Positions 52,176-61,801 of a DNA stretch of 64,000 nucleotides are shown piece after piece (the stretch's first letter is position 1; each line of letters begins with the position of its first letter). The translations under genes were made by a program, and so were the position numbers. This DNA comes from Alphaproteobacteria bacterium (GTDB taxonomy: Bacteria > Pseudomonadota > Alphaproteobacteria > UBA828), in the NCBI GenBank assembly GCA_965220745.1, contig CBDCQT010000003.1:160001-224000 (forward strand), written 5' to 3'. The notes under the pieces were generated by a model that was not told where the DNA came from, did not search any database, and worked only from the letters and a program-made list of their open reading frames with translations.

Positions 52176-53051
52176 TTACTTACTGCGCAGCGCAGCATCG
52201 CGCTCGTTCGTACCTTTGTGGCCGGAGGGCAGGTAGCCGAAGCGCTCCATTTGGGCGCGGTGACGCTCCACCACGCGGCGGACCTGCGCGTCGTCCAGCA
52301 CCTCCCGCCAGCCGCCCTCCTTGCCGGCACGGAAGAAGCGCTCCTGCGACGGGGTGCGCTCGATAAAGCCGGTGCGGTCCTCCTGCGCGCGCAGTGAGCG
52401 GAAGGACGAGTACCGCATCGCCCGCTCCAGGCGCTCGCGCGGCGGCTTGAGGCCGAGGAAGGCCGAAATGGCGCGAAAAGTCGGGCCGGGCCGGCGGCTC
52501 ATGTCTTCGTAGCGCACGACGTGGAGCTGCGGATGCGAGCTGGCGGTCCAGCTCTCGACATGGGTGGACCAGTCGCTGTGGTGCTCGGGCACTTGGTCCG
52601 CCGACGCGGGAGAATGGAATCCCCTTGTCTCCATGAGCGTGATGACGTCGTCCGTCGGCTGGCCCAGGTGGTGGGCGTATGAGACGACCACGTCGAGCGG
52701 GTTGCGCACGACGTAGATCGCCCCTGCCGTGAGCGACTGGGTAATCATAGGCACGCCGTCGACTTCGACGAGGGCGTTGTGGGTCTTGACCATGACGGTA
52801 TCGGGCGCGCTCTCGGCGATGAGTGCGTGCACCCTGGGCCTGAGGCGCGCAAGATCCTCCCCGCCCAGCGCCGCCGGCGATCGGGAATCGAACCGCTCGT
52901 ACCAGTGCGCTTGGCTGTCGCCCGCTGTCAACTCGGACATTCGGTTGATGTCAAAGGGCGCGCGCGAATTCCGCAGCAGGTTATGCAGAAAGGCGCGTAG
53001 CCACGTGTTGCCCGACTTGGGGTAGGAGGCGAGCCACAGGATACCGCTCAT
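52176..53051 (-). CDS. PAPS-dependent sulfotransferase (copy B1)
   Basis: Nearly identical protein to 15693-16559. Confidence 0.92.
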   Translation of the reverse strand: MSGILWLASYPKSGNTWLRAFLHNLLRNSRAPFDINRMSELTAGDSQAHWYERFDSRSPAALGGEDLARLRPRVHALIAESAPDTVMVKTHNALVEVDGVPMITQSLTAGAIYVVRNPLDVVVSYAHHLGQPTDDVITLMETRGFHSPASADQVPEHHSDWSTHVESWTASSHPQLHVVRYEDMSRRPGPTFRAISAFLGLKPPRERLERAMRYSSFRSLRAQEDRTGFIERTPSQERFFRAGKEGGWREVLDDAQVRRVVERHRAQMERFGYLPSGHKGTNERDAALRSK

Positions 53052-53096
53052 ATGCAAATTGCCAGTGGCCACCCCTCGGAAACAAGCTTAAGTAGA

Positions 53097-53119
53097 GGGA
53101 GCGGCCGAAGCCGCTCCCC
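53097..53119 (-). terminator. Hairpin between porin B1 and sulfotransferase
   Basis: Same GGGAGCGGC-TTCG-GCCGCTCCC stem; weak U tract. Confidence 0.55.
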
Positions 53120-53147
53120 CAAAGCCATAGACGACGATGTTCCACGC

Positions 53148-54140
53148 CTAGAAGTTGAGCATCGTCCCCAGAAGGATCTGAGTGAAGTCGTCCATGCCCT
53201 TCTCGCCCGCGCCGATCTGCAGCCCGAGATCGACTCCCGCTCCGAGATTGTAGTTGGCATTGAAGGTTACGATGCTGCTGTTCTCGGACTCGCTATCACC
53301 ATACTGAACGCCCAGCATCATGGGGCCGTCGGTCCAGGACACGCCGACATCGGAATGCGAGTTCGATACTCCGCCGATTTCCTGATCGTACACGGCACCG
53401 CCGAGCGCGATCTGGTCGATGCTGATCGAGGCCCCGTAGCGCAAGCCCGAGGGATCTTCACCGCCGCCCTCGTTCGTGTAGCCCTCGTAGCCGACATTGG
53501 TGCTGAAGCTACCGCCCATGACGTCGACCGAGTAGCTAAGGGCGACAGATACCCCCTCCGAGTTCTGCCCCGCTTCGTCATTGGTCCTTCCAGCATAGGA
53601 GTCTGTCGAATTCTCAGGCGCGTAGCTCGCCGCAAGGGAAAGGCCGTTGAAGTTCGGCGAGAAGTAGACAACCTTGAGCGCATCCTCGTTCATGATGTCG
53701 TTCGTCGTCCACATGCCGTCAATTCCTTGGAACCACGGCGACTTGATACCACCGATCGGCACGGTCCCTCCCGGCGCCCAGATAACCGTCTGCTGCGCGG
53801 CGCCTTCGATTGCGCCGACATGAAAGGAGCCGAAGCCGCCCTTGAAATAGACTTCCTGCTCATCGCTGTGTTCGTAATCGTTCGCGGTGAAGCGGACGCG
53901 CACACCAGAGGTAATGCCGTTGTCCAGCGTGGTCTCTGCTCTGAGCTGCATCTCCATGTTCTGGTTGATGCCGTGGCCACGATCATTGACACCGTCCTGG
54001 TCGTAGCCGATGGCGGCGATCGTGTAGTAGCCGCCCACGCCGACTTCCATCGGCACCATCATGTCCTGAGCCTGCGCCGCACCAGCCGCGAAAGCACCAG
54101 CGGCTACGAGCGCCGTAGTTCCCAAAAGGAGTCGCTTCAT
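53148..54140 (-). CDS. Porin allele B1 (has SD, probably the expressed copy)
   Basis: MKRLLLGTTAL; paralog of allele A; GAGGAG SD upstream. Confidence 0.9.
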   Translation of the reverse strand: MKRLLLGTTALVAAGAFAAGAAQAQDMMVPMEVGVGGYYTIAAIGYDQDGVNDRGHGINQNMEMQLRAETTLDNGITSGVRVRFTANDYEHSDEQEVYFKGGFGSFHVGAIEGAAQQTVIWAPGGTVPIGGIKSPWFQGIDGMWTTNDIMNEDALKVVYFSPNFNGLSLAASYAPENSTDSYAGRTNDEAGQNSEGVSVALSYSVDVMGGSFSTNVGYEGYTNEGGGEDPSGLRYGASISIDQIALGGAVYDQEIGGVSNSHSDVGVSWTDGPMMLGVQYGDSESENSSIVTFNANYNLGAGVDLGLQIGAGEKGMDDFTQILLGTMLNF

Positions 54141-54642
54141 GCTTCTGTCTCCTCTGTTTTCATTGGTCCAAAGCCTCTGGGTCTCATACCGCCCGTGCTC
54201 GGACCGGTCCCAACCCACTGGAGCCGGAGAATGAGGCAACCGACCCCCCTCGCGCAACCGAATTTATGACCGAATTCTAACGGTCGGTCGTTTTCCATGA
54301 GCACTGTGGCCAAAATGCCACGACACCCCCTCTCCGCCATGCCACGCACGTCAATCAGGCCCGCCGGCACCGACCCGATCCCGCTCTCCCGCCTCGTCCC
54401 GGACCGGCCCGAGTCGCCGCCGTCGAGAGCGTGCGACTCGACCCCGAGAGGGGCGATCCCGCCGTCGACATGTAGGGTTTGAGCGACAGGAATACGCAGG
54501 ACTACGCTTACGTTGTAATCAATCCGCTTCCTGAGCGCTTACGGAAATTCTCGGGCGCTCAGCGCCAGCGCGTCAGGACCTCATAATTACCCCATCATAA
54601 CAGCGGAGTACAGAATCACCTCCAAAATTGCGCTCGCGAAGC
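54141..54642. promoter_or_regulatory. Porin control block copy B (intact, 502 bp)
   Basis: Lies between divergent porins; bounded by inverted GAAGCATGAAG; SD at the left end only. Confidence 0.85.
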
Positions 54643-55653
54643 ATGAAGCGACTCCTTTTGGGAACGACGGCGCTCGTAGCCGCTGGTGCTTTCGCGGCCG
54701 GTGCGGCGCAGGCTCAGGACATGATGGTGCCGATGGAAGTCGGCGTGGGTGGCTACTACACCACCGCTCTTGTCGCCAAAGACGTGGACGGTGCCGCGGA
54801 TGATCGCGGCCACGTCATCCGGCAGAACATGGAGATGCAGTTCAGGGCAGAGGGGACGCTGGACAACGCCATTACAGCTGGCGTCAGGGTTCGCTTCACC
54901 GCCAACGACTACGAACACAGCGACGAGCAGGAAGTCTATTTCAAAGGAGGTTTCGGCTCCTTGCACATCGGCGCAATCGAGGGCGCCGCGCAGCAGACGG
55001 TCATATGGGCACCAGGCTCAAGTGTGCCTATCGGCGGCATCAAGTCGCCCTGGTTCGGCGGCATCGGCGGCATGTGGAATACGGGCCCGGGAACTGGTGT
55101 TGCCATCATGAACGAGGATGCGATCAAGGTCCTCTACTTCTCGCCGAACTTCAACGGCCTCTCCCTTGCCGCGAGCTACGCGCCTGAGGATACGACAGAC
55201 TCCTATGGCGGAACGAGCACTGCCGACCCGGGGCAGAACTCGGAACAGGTCTCTGCCGCCCTCAGCTACACGGTCGACGTCATGGGCGGCAGCTTCAGCG
55301 CCAATGTCGGCTACGAGGGCTACACGAACGAGAGCGGTGGTGAGGATCCCGAGGGCTTGCGTTACGGGGCCTCGATCAGCATCGACCAGATCGCGCTAGG
55401 CGGTGCCGTGTACGACAAAGATGTTGGCGGCGTCGCGACGTCGCATTCCGATATCGGCGTGTCCTGGACCGACGGTCCCCTGATGCTGGGCGTTCAGTAC
55501 GGCGACAACGAGGGTACCGACAGCAACATCGTGGCCTTCAATGCCAACTACAATCTCGGACCGGGAATCGATGTCGGGATGCAGATCGGCTCGGGCGAGA
55601 GTGGCGCGGACGACTTCACTCAGTTCCTGCTCGGGACCATGTTCAACTTCTAG
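54643..55653 (+). CDS. Porin allele B2 (no evident SD)
   Basis: First ~120 nt almost identical to B1; the rest is closer to allele A. Confidence 0.9.
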   Translation: MKRLLLGTTALVAAGAFAAGAAQAQDMMVPMEVGVGGYYTTALVAKDVDGAADDRGHVIRQNMEMQFRAEGTLDNAITAGVRVRFTANDYEHSDEQEVYFKGGFGSLHIGAIEGAAQQTVIWAPGSSVPIGGIKSPWFGGIGGMWNTGPGTGVAIMNEDAIKVLYFSPNFNGLSLAASYAPEDTTDSYGGTSTADPGQNSEQVSAALSYTVDVMGGSFSANVGYEGYTNESGGEDPEGLRYGASISIDQIALGGAVYDKDVGGVATSHSDIGVSWTDGPLMLGVQYGDNEGTDSNIVAFNANYNLGPGIDVGMQIGSGESGADDFTQFLLGTMFNF

Positions 55654-55681
55654 GCGTAAACATCGTCGTCTATGGCTTTGA

Positions 55682-55703
55682 GGGAGCGGCTTCGGCCGCT
55701 CCT
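55682..55703 (+). terminator. Hairpin between porin B2 and sulfotransferase
   Basis: GGAGCGGC-TTCG-GCCGCTCC stem. Confidence 0.55.
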
Positions 55704-55760
55704 TCTACTTAAGCTCGTCTTTTGAGGGTTGGCCGTGAGGCGGTCACTAGCAATTTGCAT

Positions 55761-56627
55761 ATGAGCGGTATCCTGTGGCTCGCCTCCTACCCCAAGTCGG
55801 GCAACACATGGCTGCGCGCCTTTCTGCATAACCTGCTGCGGAATGCGCGCACGCCCTTTGACATCAACCGAATGTCCGAGTTGACAGCGGGCGACAGCCA
55901 AGCGCACTGGTACGAGCGGTTCGATTCCCGACCGCCGGTGGCGCTGGGCGGGGAGGATCTTGCGCGCCTCAGGCCCAGGGTGCACGCGCTCATCGCCGAG
56001 AGCGCGCCCGATACCGTCATGGTCAAGACCCACAACGCCCTCGTCGAGGCCGATGGCGTGCCCATGATCACCCAGTCGCTCACGGTAGGGGCGATCTATG
56101 TCGTGCGCAACCCGCTCGACGTGGTCGTCTCCTACGCCCACCACCTGGGCCAGCCGACTGACGACGTCATCACGCTCATGGAGACTAGGGGATTTCATTC
56201 GCCCGCGTCGGCGGACCAGGTGCCCGAGCACCACAGCGACTGGTCCACCCATGTCGAGAGTTGGACCGCCAGCTCGCATCCGCGACTCCACGTCGTGCGC
56301 TACGAAGACATGAGCCGCCGGCCCGGCCCGACCTTCCGCGCCATTGCGGCCTTCCTCGGCCTCAAGCCTCCGCGCGAGCGCCTGGAGCGGGCGATGCGGC
56401 ACTCGTCCTTCCGCTCACTGCGCGCGCAGGAGGACCGCGTCGGCTTTATCGAGCGCACCCCGTCGCAAGACCGCTTCTTCCGTGCCGGCAAGGTTGGCGG
56501 CTGGCGGGAGGTGCTGGACGACACGCAGGTCCGCCGCGTGGTAGAGCGTCACCGCACCCAAATGGAGCGCTTCAGCTACTTGCCCTCCGGCTACGAGGGT
56601 ACGGGTGAACGCAATACCGGCCGATGA
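55761..56627 (+). CDS. PAPS-dependent sulfotransferase (copy B2)
   Basis: Nearly identical protein to copies A and B1. Confidence 0.92.
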   Translation: MSGILWLASYPKSGNTWLRAFLHNLLRNARTPFDINRMSELTAGDSQAHWYERFDSRPPVALGGEDLARLRPRVHALIAESAPDTVMVKTHNALVEADGVPMITQSLTVGAIYVVRNPLDVVVSYAHHLGQPTDDVITLMETRGFHSPASADQVPEHHSDWSTHVESWTASSHPRLHVVRYEDMSRRPGPTFRAIAAFLGLKPPRERLERAMRHSSFRSLRAQEDRVGFIERTPSQDRFFRAGKVGGWREVLDDTQVRRVVERHRTQMERFSYLPSGYEGTGERNTGR

Positions 56628-57039
56628 GAAAGGAGGCTGGCTGAGCGCCTGGTTGATGTTGCTGCTCGGCTCAGAGCGACGGCTCCTGAAGTGCAGTTTT
56701 GCTCGCCAACCAATCAATGAGTGACCGACAAGAAGGTGCAACGAAATCCTGCCTAGAGCTCACTCGATCGGGTCGCGTGTCACCAGCTCGGGACAGAGGG
56801 AGAAATCCCGGTCGCGCGTGAACAGCGCGTCGACGCCATGCGCGATGCACACCGCCGCGATGCGGGCATTGTGGACGACCCTGCCACCACATGTGGACGG
56901 CTCGCGATCCGCTCCAGAAACTCAATGAAGTCGTCGATCTCGCCGATCATGTGGTGCGAGGGTGACCCTGCCCAAGCTATGAACTGGCGCTATGCATGAT
57001 CGGGCTTGGTCGCCCCATCCTTCCAGATGCGGCGGTTAG

Positions 57040-58473
57040 TACTACAGTTGCATATTAGTCGATGATGTGATGTCCTCGCTGCGTGATGGACGGGAAGAGG
57101 GGGAATGATGAGTATCGCGGCCTGGTCCGGTTCCCTCGTGGAGTGGGAGGGTGAGCTGTCGTCGCTGAAGGCGCGTCTTGGCCCGGTCTTCGGCCGGCGC
57201 GAGCTTCGCGAGACGGGAAGCGCGTTTCTGGATGGCCTCCTGTCGGGGATTGCGCGCAAGACCGGATGGATGCTGTCGGAGCACGCGGGCTTTGAACGTC
57301 CCTGGCGGATCCAGGGCCTCCTGGGCCGAAACCGCTGGGATGCTGACGCGCTGCGCGACGAGGTGCGTGCCTATGTCGTGGAAGCGCTCGGTTGCGAGGA
57401 CGGCGTCCTGGTGGTGGACGAGACAGGCTTTCTGAAGAAGGGGCGTCACTCGGTCGGGGTCGCACGCCAGTACACGGGGACTGCAGGCCGCATCGAGAAC
57501 AGCCAGGTCGGTGTCTTTCTCGCCTATGCCGGCCGTTTCGGCCAGGCCCTGATCGACCGGCGCCTGTACTTGCCGAAGGATTGGGCCTCGGATGAGGCCC
57601 GGCGGGCGAAGACGGGCGTCCCGGCCGACCTGACCTTCGCCACCAAGCCCGCGCTGGCACGGGAGATGGTGGCGCGCGCCCTGGATGCGGGCGTTCCCTG
57701 TGCGTGGGTCCTGGCCGATGCGGTCTACGGGTCGGACTTCGGCCTGCGCTCCATGCTGGAGGAGCGAGGACAGGCCTACGTGCTGGCGATACGCAGCAAC
57801 CATCATCTGCGCTTCATCGACGCCGCGGGCTTGATTGAAACGACCCCTGCTCAGATCGCCGACGGTCTTGACCACGACGCCTGGTCGGCCCATGCCGCCG
57901 GCGAGGGCAGCAAGGGTCTGCGGCTCTACCACTGGGCGCGGTTCGCTCTGCCCTGGGACTGCCCCTCGGGCTGGCAACGCTGGCTCCTGATCCGCCGCTC
58001 CCGGAAAGACCCGGAGAAGCGGGCCTACTATCTTGTCTTCTGTCCCGTCGCCACGAGCCTTGCCGAGCTGGCAGGCGCCGCCGGTCTGCGCTGGACCATC
58101 GAGGAATGCTTTCAGCGGGCCAAGGACGACCTCGGCCTCGATCACTGCGAGGCCCGCTCCTGGCACGGCTGGCACCGCCACATGAGCCTCGTCATGGCCG
58201 CCGCCGCCTTCCTTGCCAAGGTGACTGCCGACATGCGCCGCATGGCATGCCGCAAACGGAACAAATCGAGTCCAGTCATGGCAACAGCCGTCTCGCCGCC
58301 ATGAACGCTCTCGTGCCGACAGTGCCGGAGGTCCGCCATCTGCTCGCCAAGCTCCTTCTCAGGCCGCCGATCTGTGCCGCGTTCGTCATGCAGTGGTCTC
58401 TCTGGCGACGAAGACACCAAGCCCGTGCCGCACGAGCCCATTACAAACATCGCCACAAAACGCAACTGTAGTA
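57040..58473 (+). mobile_element. IS701-family insertion sequence (copy 2, diverged)
   Basis: IR TACTACAGTTGC / GCAACTGTAGTA; TTAG TSD at 57036-57039 and 58474-58477. Confidence 0.92.
57105..58304 (+). CDS. IS701 transposase
   Basis: Same motifs as 50787-51974. Confidence 0.93.
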   Translation: MMSIAAWSGSLVEWEGELSSLKARLGPVFGRRELRETGSAFLDGLLSGIARKTGWMLSEHAGFERPWRIQGLLGRNRWDADALRDEVRAYVVEALGCEDGVLVVDETGFLKKGRHSVGVARQYTGTAGRIENSQVGVFLAYAGRFGQALIDRRLYLPKDWASDEARRAKTGVPADLTFATKPALAREMVARALDAGVPCAWVLADAVYGSDFGLRSMLEERGQAYVLAIRSNHHLRFIDAAGLIETTPAQIADGLDHDAWSAHAAGEGSKGLRLYHWARFALPWDCPSGWQRWLLIRRSRKDPEKRAYYLVFCPVATSLAELAGAAGLRWTIEECFQRAKDDLGLDHCEARSWHGWHRHMSLVMAAAAFLAKVTADMRRMACRKRNKSSPVMATAVSPP

Positions 58474-58534
58474 TTAGGTTCTGTACTCGTTAATGTATAA
58501 CATTCTGTTCAAATACTGATTTTCCAGATGTGTC

Positions 58535-58859
58535 TCGGTGAGAAGATGAGCACCGAGGCGGCGGGTGAGTACCGCGGGCACGGCGTCGGCGAAGAAAATC
58601 CAGACGTGCCCGCCATTGCCCGAGCGGGACCGTTCCAGCGTTGCCTGAACGCCCTTCGAGCGGCACACGGCGAGAAAGGCTTCAACATCTTTCCGCTACG
58701 TTTTCTTGTCGAAGTCGGCGGCCGGGAAGTGGCACGTGCTGTCCGCCATCATGGGGTAGACACCGAGCGTGTGGTGGTCACGCAGGTGGTCCACGATTGC
58801 CTCGTCGGTGACGGGAAGGAAGGTCTGGTTGGTGCATGAGCCGCACTTGATCCTGGGCT
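58535..58859 (-). pseudogene. Fragment of the AEP-helicase gene
   Basis: Inverted, diverged copy of about 46783-47107 (ERSRSGNGGHVWIFF). Confidence 0.85.
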
Positions 58860-59195
58860 CGCAACCACCGAGAGCGACATTCTCATACTGTGTCAGTCTG
58901 AATCAGAGGTGCACATTTGATTCTGCGCGGCTTTCCACAAACCAGCCCCTTGTAGTTTGGCGAGGTGCATGGGAATCAATAACCGCGTTCACGGTCTTGA
59001 TGGCGACCGAATGTTCGCTTCGCGGCTGCGTGGGTCGGTTGCCGGGTAGTTGCATGCTGCCCGCGCTCTTGGGCATCCAACCGCACGAAATCGGCGTGAG
59101 GAATCCTGAGCCGTCTGCCCAACAATGGGCGATTATCCCTGGCAGACGGGCTTTCTGACTGTCGCCATCAAGCCTTCGACGCTAGAGTTCAGAGC

Positions 59196-59726
59196 CTACT
59201 CTGGATCGAAGTCACCACATATCACCGTCGCTTGGACCCCCACGCGCTCGAACAGCCGTTTGACGGATACCGCGTGATCGGCACCGCAAACGAAGAGTAC
59301 CGGCCACCCTTCACCGGAGAGAACACGTGCAACCCAGACTCGCTCCCGTACCTCCCCGCAAAGGAAGTTGAGCGATTCCCGGAATTTCGCTATCTCGCTG
59401 TTCTCCTCAGCATGCTTGATAGAAGATGTGATGATGTTGGTATCCGAGAGCGACAGGCAGGCCCGTTCCTTCATGCCAAGATCGACGAATTGGACCGAAA
59501 TATCCTTCGGGGCAATACGTTGGCAAATCGTTCCATTTTCTGCCTCGTCACCGAGCCTCTCTCGAAGCCCATCGTGGGACATTTCCTCCGCGATGCGTCT
59601 AATGCCGTGATCGGACAGTGCTCCCAGAATCACTTGCTTCAGAAGGGAGATGCGGTCGTCTCCGCATTCCGCGGCCCCGCACTGTAACGGATGGGATGTC
59701 CCCAAAATGAACACGGTGGACGTCAT
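59196..59726 (-). CDS. Hypothetical protein
   Basis: GGAG SD; globular ORF with GTSH...EE...VCGADH. Confidence 0.6.
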   Translation of the reverse strand: MTSTVFILGTSHPLQCGAAECGDDRISLLKQVILGALSDHGIRRIAEEMSHDGLRERLGDEAENGTICQRIAPKDISVQFVDLGMKERACLSLSDTNIITSSIKHAEENSEIAKFRESLNFLCGEVRERVWVARVLSGEGWPVLFVCGADHAVSVKRLFERVGVQATVICGDFDPE

Positions 59727-60015
59727 GCTGAACTCCAATGTGTCGCCGGTCGCCTTTACCTGACGCCGTTGACCACCAACCGATCATGACGACGAGAGCG
59801 GCCGCTACTGTACTTCATCCAAGCGCTCTTGCCCCTCAACCAACCTGGGGACTGTTGCAAACGCCGAGACTGACATTTGATCGAAATCCGTTCTGATTTA
59901 CCGTAACTCTCCACATTACCATAGAAAATCATGGGGATTATAGCGAATAGTCACATTTTCGCTTGACGCCGCGCCCATCAACCCCTATCTTATAGTCACA
60001 ACAGAGGGTTGAACG

Positions 60016-60999
60016 ATGGCACGCAAGGCACCGGGAAAATCGCACCGAAGGGACTGACCTTCACCGAGGTCGCCGACATGTTCCGCGACGAAGACGCGGC
60101 GCGGGAGTGGATCGCAAAGGAGCGCTGGCCGTCCGGCGCGCACTGCCCCAAGTGCGGCACGACCAACGTGCAGTGCAACATCAAACACAAGACCATGACC
60201 CATCGCTGCCGCGAGTGCATGAGCGGCAAGAGCAAGACGATGTTCTCGATCAAGACCGGCACGGTCATGGAGGGGTCGAACCTGAAATATCGCGCGTGGG
60301 CCGTGGGCATCTACCTGTTCACGACCAACATCAAGGGCGTTTCGTCCATGCGCTTGCATCGGGAGTTGGGCATCAGCCAGAAGGCCGCATGGTTCATGCT
60401 GCATCGGCTGCGGCTGGCCTTCGATGCCGAGACGGGGCCGTTCGACGGGCCGGTGGAAGTGGACGAAACGCACATCGGGGGCGAGCGGAAGAACAAGCCG
60501 CTGGCGAAGCGGAAGAAGCTGGAAGGCCGTGGCGCGGTGGACATGACCACCGTTGCCGGGGCGAAGGATCGCGAGACCAACCGTGTCAGCGCCCGCGTGG
60601 TCGAGAACACCGACGCACCGACGCTACAGGGCTTTGTCCACGAGAACGCGAAGCCGGGCGCCACGGTCTACACGGACGAGGCGAAGGCGTACAAGGGAAT
60701 GCCGGAGTTCACCCATGAGAGCGTGAACCACAGCGTTTCCGAGTACGTCCGGGAAATGGCCTCGACCAACGGGATCGAGAGCTTCTGGGCCATGATCAAG
60801 CGGCCAGCAGGGCATCTACCACAAGTTCTCGCCCAAGCACCTGGACCGCTACGTCACGGAATTCGCGGGGCGGCATAACGACCGCGAGGCCGACAAAATC
60901 GACCAAATGGCCGGGATCGTCGCGGGCATGGAAAGCAAGCGGCTGACCTACGCTGACTTGATCGCGGACAACGGACTGGACTCGGGGGCGCGCTCATGA
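60016..60999 (+). pseudogene. IS1595 transposase with two apparent frameshifts
   Basis: CPKC..CREC zinc ribbon, VEVDET, YTDE, TNGIESFW; C-terminal GIYH.FSPKHLDRYV.EF is in another frame; shifts near 60048 and 60803. Confidence 0.85.
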
Positions 61000-61412
61000 C
61001 CGAGAAAGAGGCTCGCCATGAGGATTGGGTGGAGCTGCGGGCGGGGTGCACAGAACAAGGCACTTTCGATCTCATCGCGGAGACCGTGGAGCGCGACGTT
61101 GAGCGCTTCAACAAGCTCCCTTCAAAGATGCGGAGAGATCGAACATTCAAATTCGCGCGGACAGAACCCCAGATTGTCTACGTCGCCCAAGTGAGCGAGT
61201 CCGGGGCGTGGATAAGCGGGAGGGCCGGAATAAATATTGAAATGAGGGGAGTCGCCATTCGAGTGTGGCGCCACGAAGAGTGTCGGTTTGAGATCAAGCA
61301 GGAATGGAACGAAGCGACACTGACGTGCGATTTGAAGGTCGAAGGGGAAGTTCTTTCCGTCTGGCAGATCAGCCAGAAGGCCATCGGAGATTTGCTCTTC
61401 GGCTATGGCTGA
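60996..61412 (+). CDS. Hypothetical passenger protein
   Basis: ATGA coupling to the transposase stop; overlaps the next gene. Confidence 0.6.
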   Translation: MTEKEARHEDWVELRAGCTEQGTFDLIAETVERDVERFNKLPSKMRRDRTFKFARTEPQIVYVAQVSESGAWISGRAGINIEMRGVAIRVWRHEECRFEIKQEWNEATLTCDLKVEGEVLSVWQISQKAIGDLLFGYG

Positions 61413-61785
61413 TCCGAACTGGAGAAACCGGAGATTCAAAGTGAGCAAAAACGGAACTGTCCACCGCGCCCCGGAATTTGAGGAAAGGAGCTTTTGGAAC
61501 AAGCTCGCATCGGCTGCCGGGAAAGCCGGGCGCGAGGTTCTGGAAATCGCTTTGACCCTCCTCTACGCCCTGCATGACGACGATACTCCGGCGTGGGCGA
61601 AGGCAACGATCATCGGCGCCTTGATCTACTTCATCAATCCTGTCGATGCGGTTCCTGATGTTATCCCTATCGTTGGATACACGGACGACTTGGTTGTGCT
61701 GGCCGGGGCGGTTGCAGTAGTCACCGCGCACATCAAACCCGAGCACCGGGAAAAGGCTCGCGATTGGGTCGAGAGAAACCTGTAG
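61405..61785 (+). CDS. YkvA/DUF1232 family membrane protein
   Basis: TPAWAK...GAL.YFINP.D.VPD.IP.VGYTDD. Confidence 0.9.
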   Translation: MADPNWRNRRFKVSKNGTVHRAPEFEERSFWNKLASAAGKAGREVLEIALTLLYALHDDDTPAWAKATIIGALIYFINPVDAVPDVIPIVGYTDDLVVLAGAVAVVTAHIKPEHREKARDWVERNL

Positions 61786-61801
61786 GCGAGAGGATCAGGA
61801 C

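Larger units (their letters stand above)
21885..54648. mobile_element. Putative integrative/mobilizable element bounded by direct GAAGCATGAAG repeats
   Basis: Core repeated at 21880-21890 and 54638-54648; integrases at the left end; relaxase, ssb, toprim, TA and AlpA-like genes inside. Confidence 0.6.

Noticed and set aside
16770-55653. Diversity-generating retroelement explaining porin variation
   Set aside because: No reverse transcriptase; differences are block-like rather than adenine-specific
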